Translations under genes and position numbers: made by a program
The notes under the pieces: generated by a model
The model's database searches: none
Told to the model about the DNA's origin: nothing
What the model saw: the letters and a program-made list of their open reading frames with translations, nothing else
Shown: piece after piece, positions 63,365 through 64,000 of the stretch
Numbering within the stretch: position 1 is the stretch's first letter
How the letters are laid out: each line of letters opens with the position of its first letter
Assembly: GCF_048403405.1 (NCBI RefSeq)
Contig: NZ_CP183129.1
Direction: 5' to 3' (one strand)
Length of the DNA stretch: 64,000 nucleotides
DNA from: Escherichia coli
GTDB lineage: Bacteria > Pseudomonadota > Gammaproteobacteria > Enterobacterales > Enterobacteriaceae

Positions 63365-64000
<636 letters not shown>

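Overview
This window is an Escherichia coli-type chromosomal segment, recognised from the translated proteins and their order. The conserved backbone runs livJ(3' end)-panM-livKHMGF-ugpBAECQ-yhhA-ggt-yrhB-yhhZ-yhhY-ryhB-yhhX-yhhW-gntRKU-yhgN-asd-glgBXCAP-glpD/glpEGR-rtcR/rtcBA-malT/malPQ-gntT-nfuA-gntX(partial). Against that backbone, three blocks look accessory. (1) The most interesting is a two-gene cassette at 22.4-25.7 kb, between gntU and yhgN: a RecQ-family helicase with a C-terminal PRTase-like extension, translationally coupled to a DprA/Smf-like protein. It resembles the PsyrTA/RqlHI class of helicase toxin-antitoxin / anti-phage modules (from memory, not searched). (2) At 14.0-16.1 kb is an AT-rich orphan type VI effector island: an Hcp-HNH nuclease fusion (yhhZ-like) with a coupled immunity gene and a decayed tract. 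(3) At 37.3-45.0 kb, between glgP and glpD, is a seven-gene chaperone-usher fimbrial operon with two chaperones and an AT-rich upstream region. Also present are the RyhB sRNA with its Fur box, a sigma-54 promoter for rtcBA, GntR/GlpR/MalT operator motifs, REP/BIME repeats and several intrinsic terminators. No tRNA, rRNA, CRISPR array or IS element was seen. All gene names rest on recalled protein sequences and synteny; nothing was searched or computed beyond reading the sequence and the supplied ORF track.
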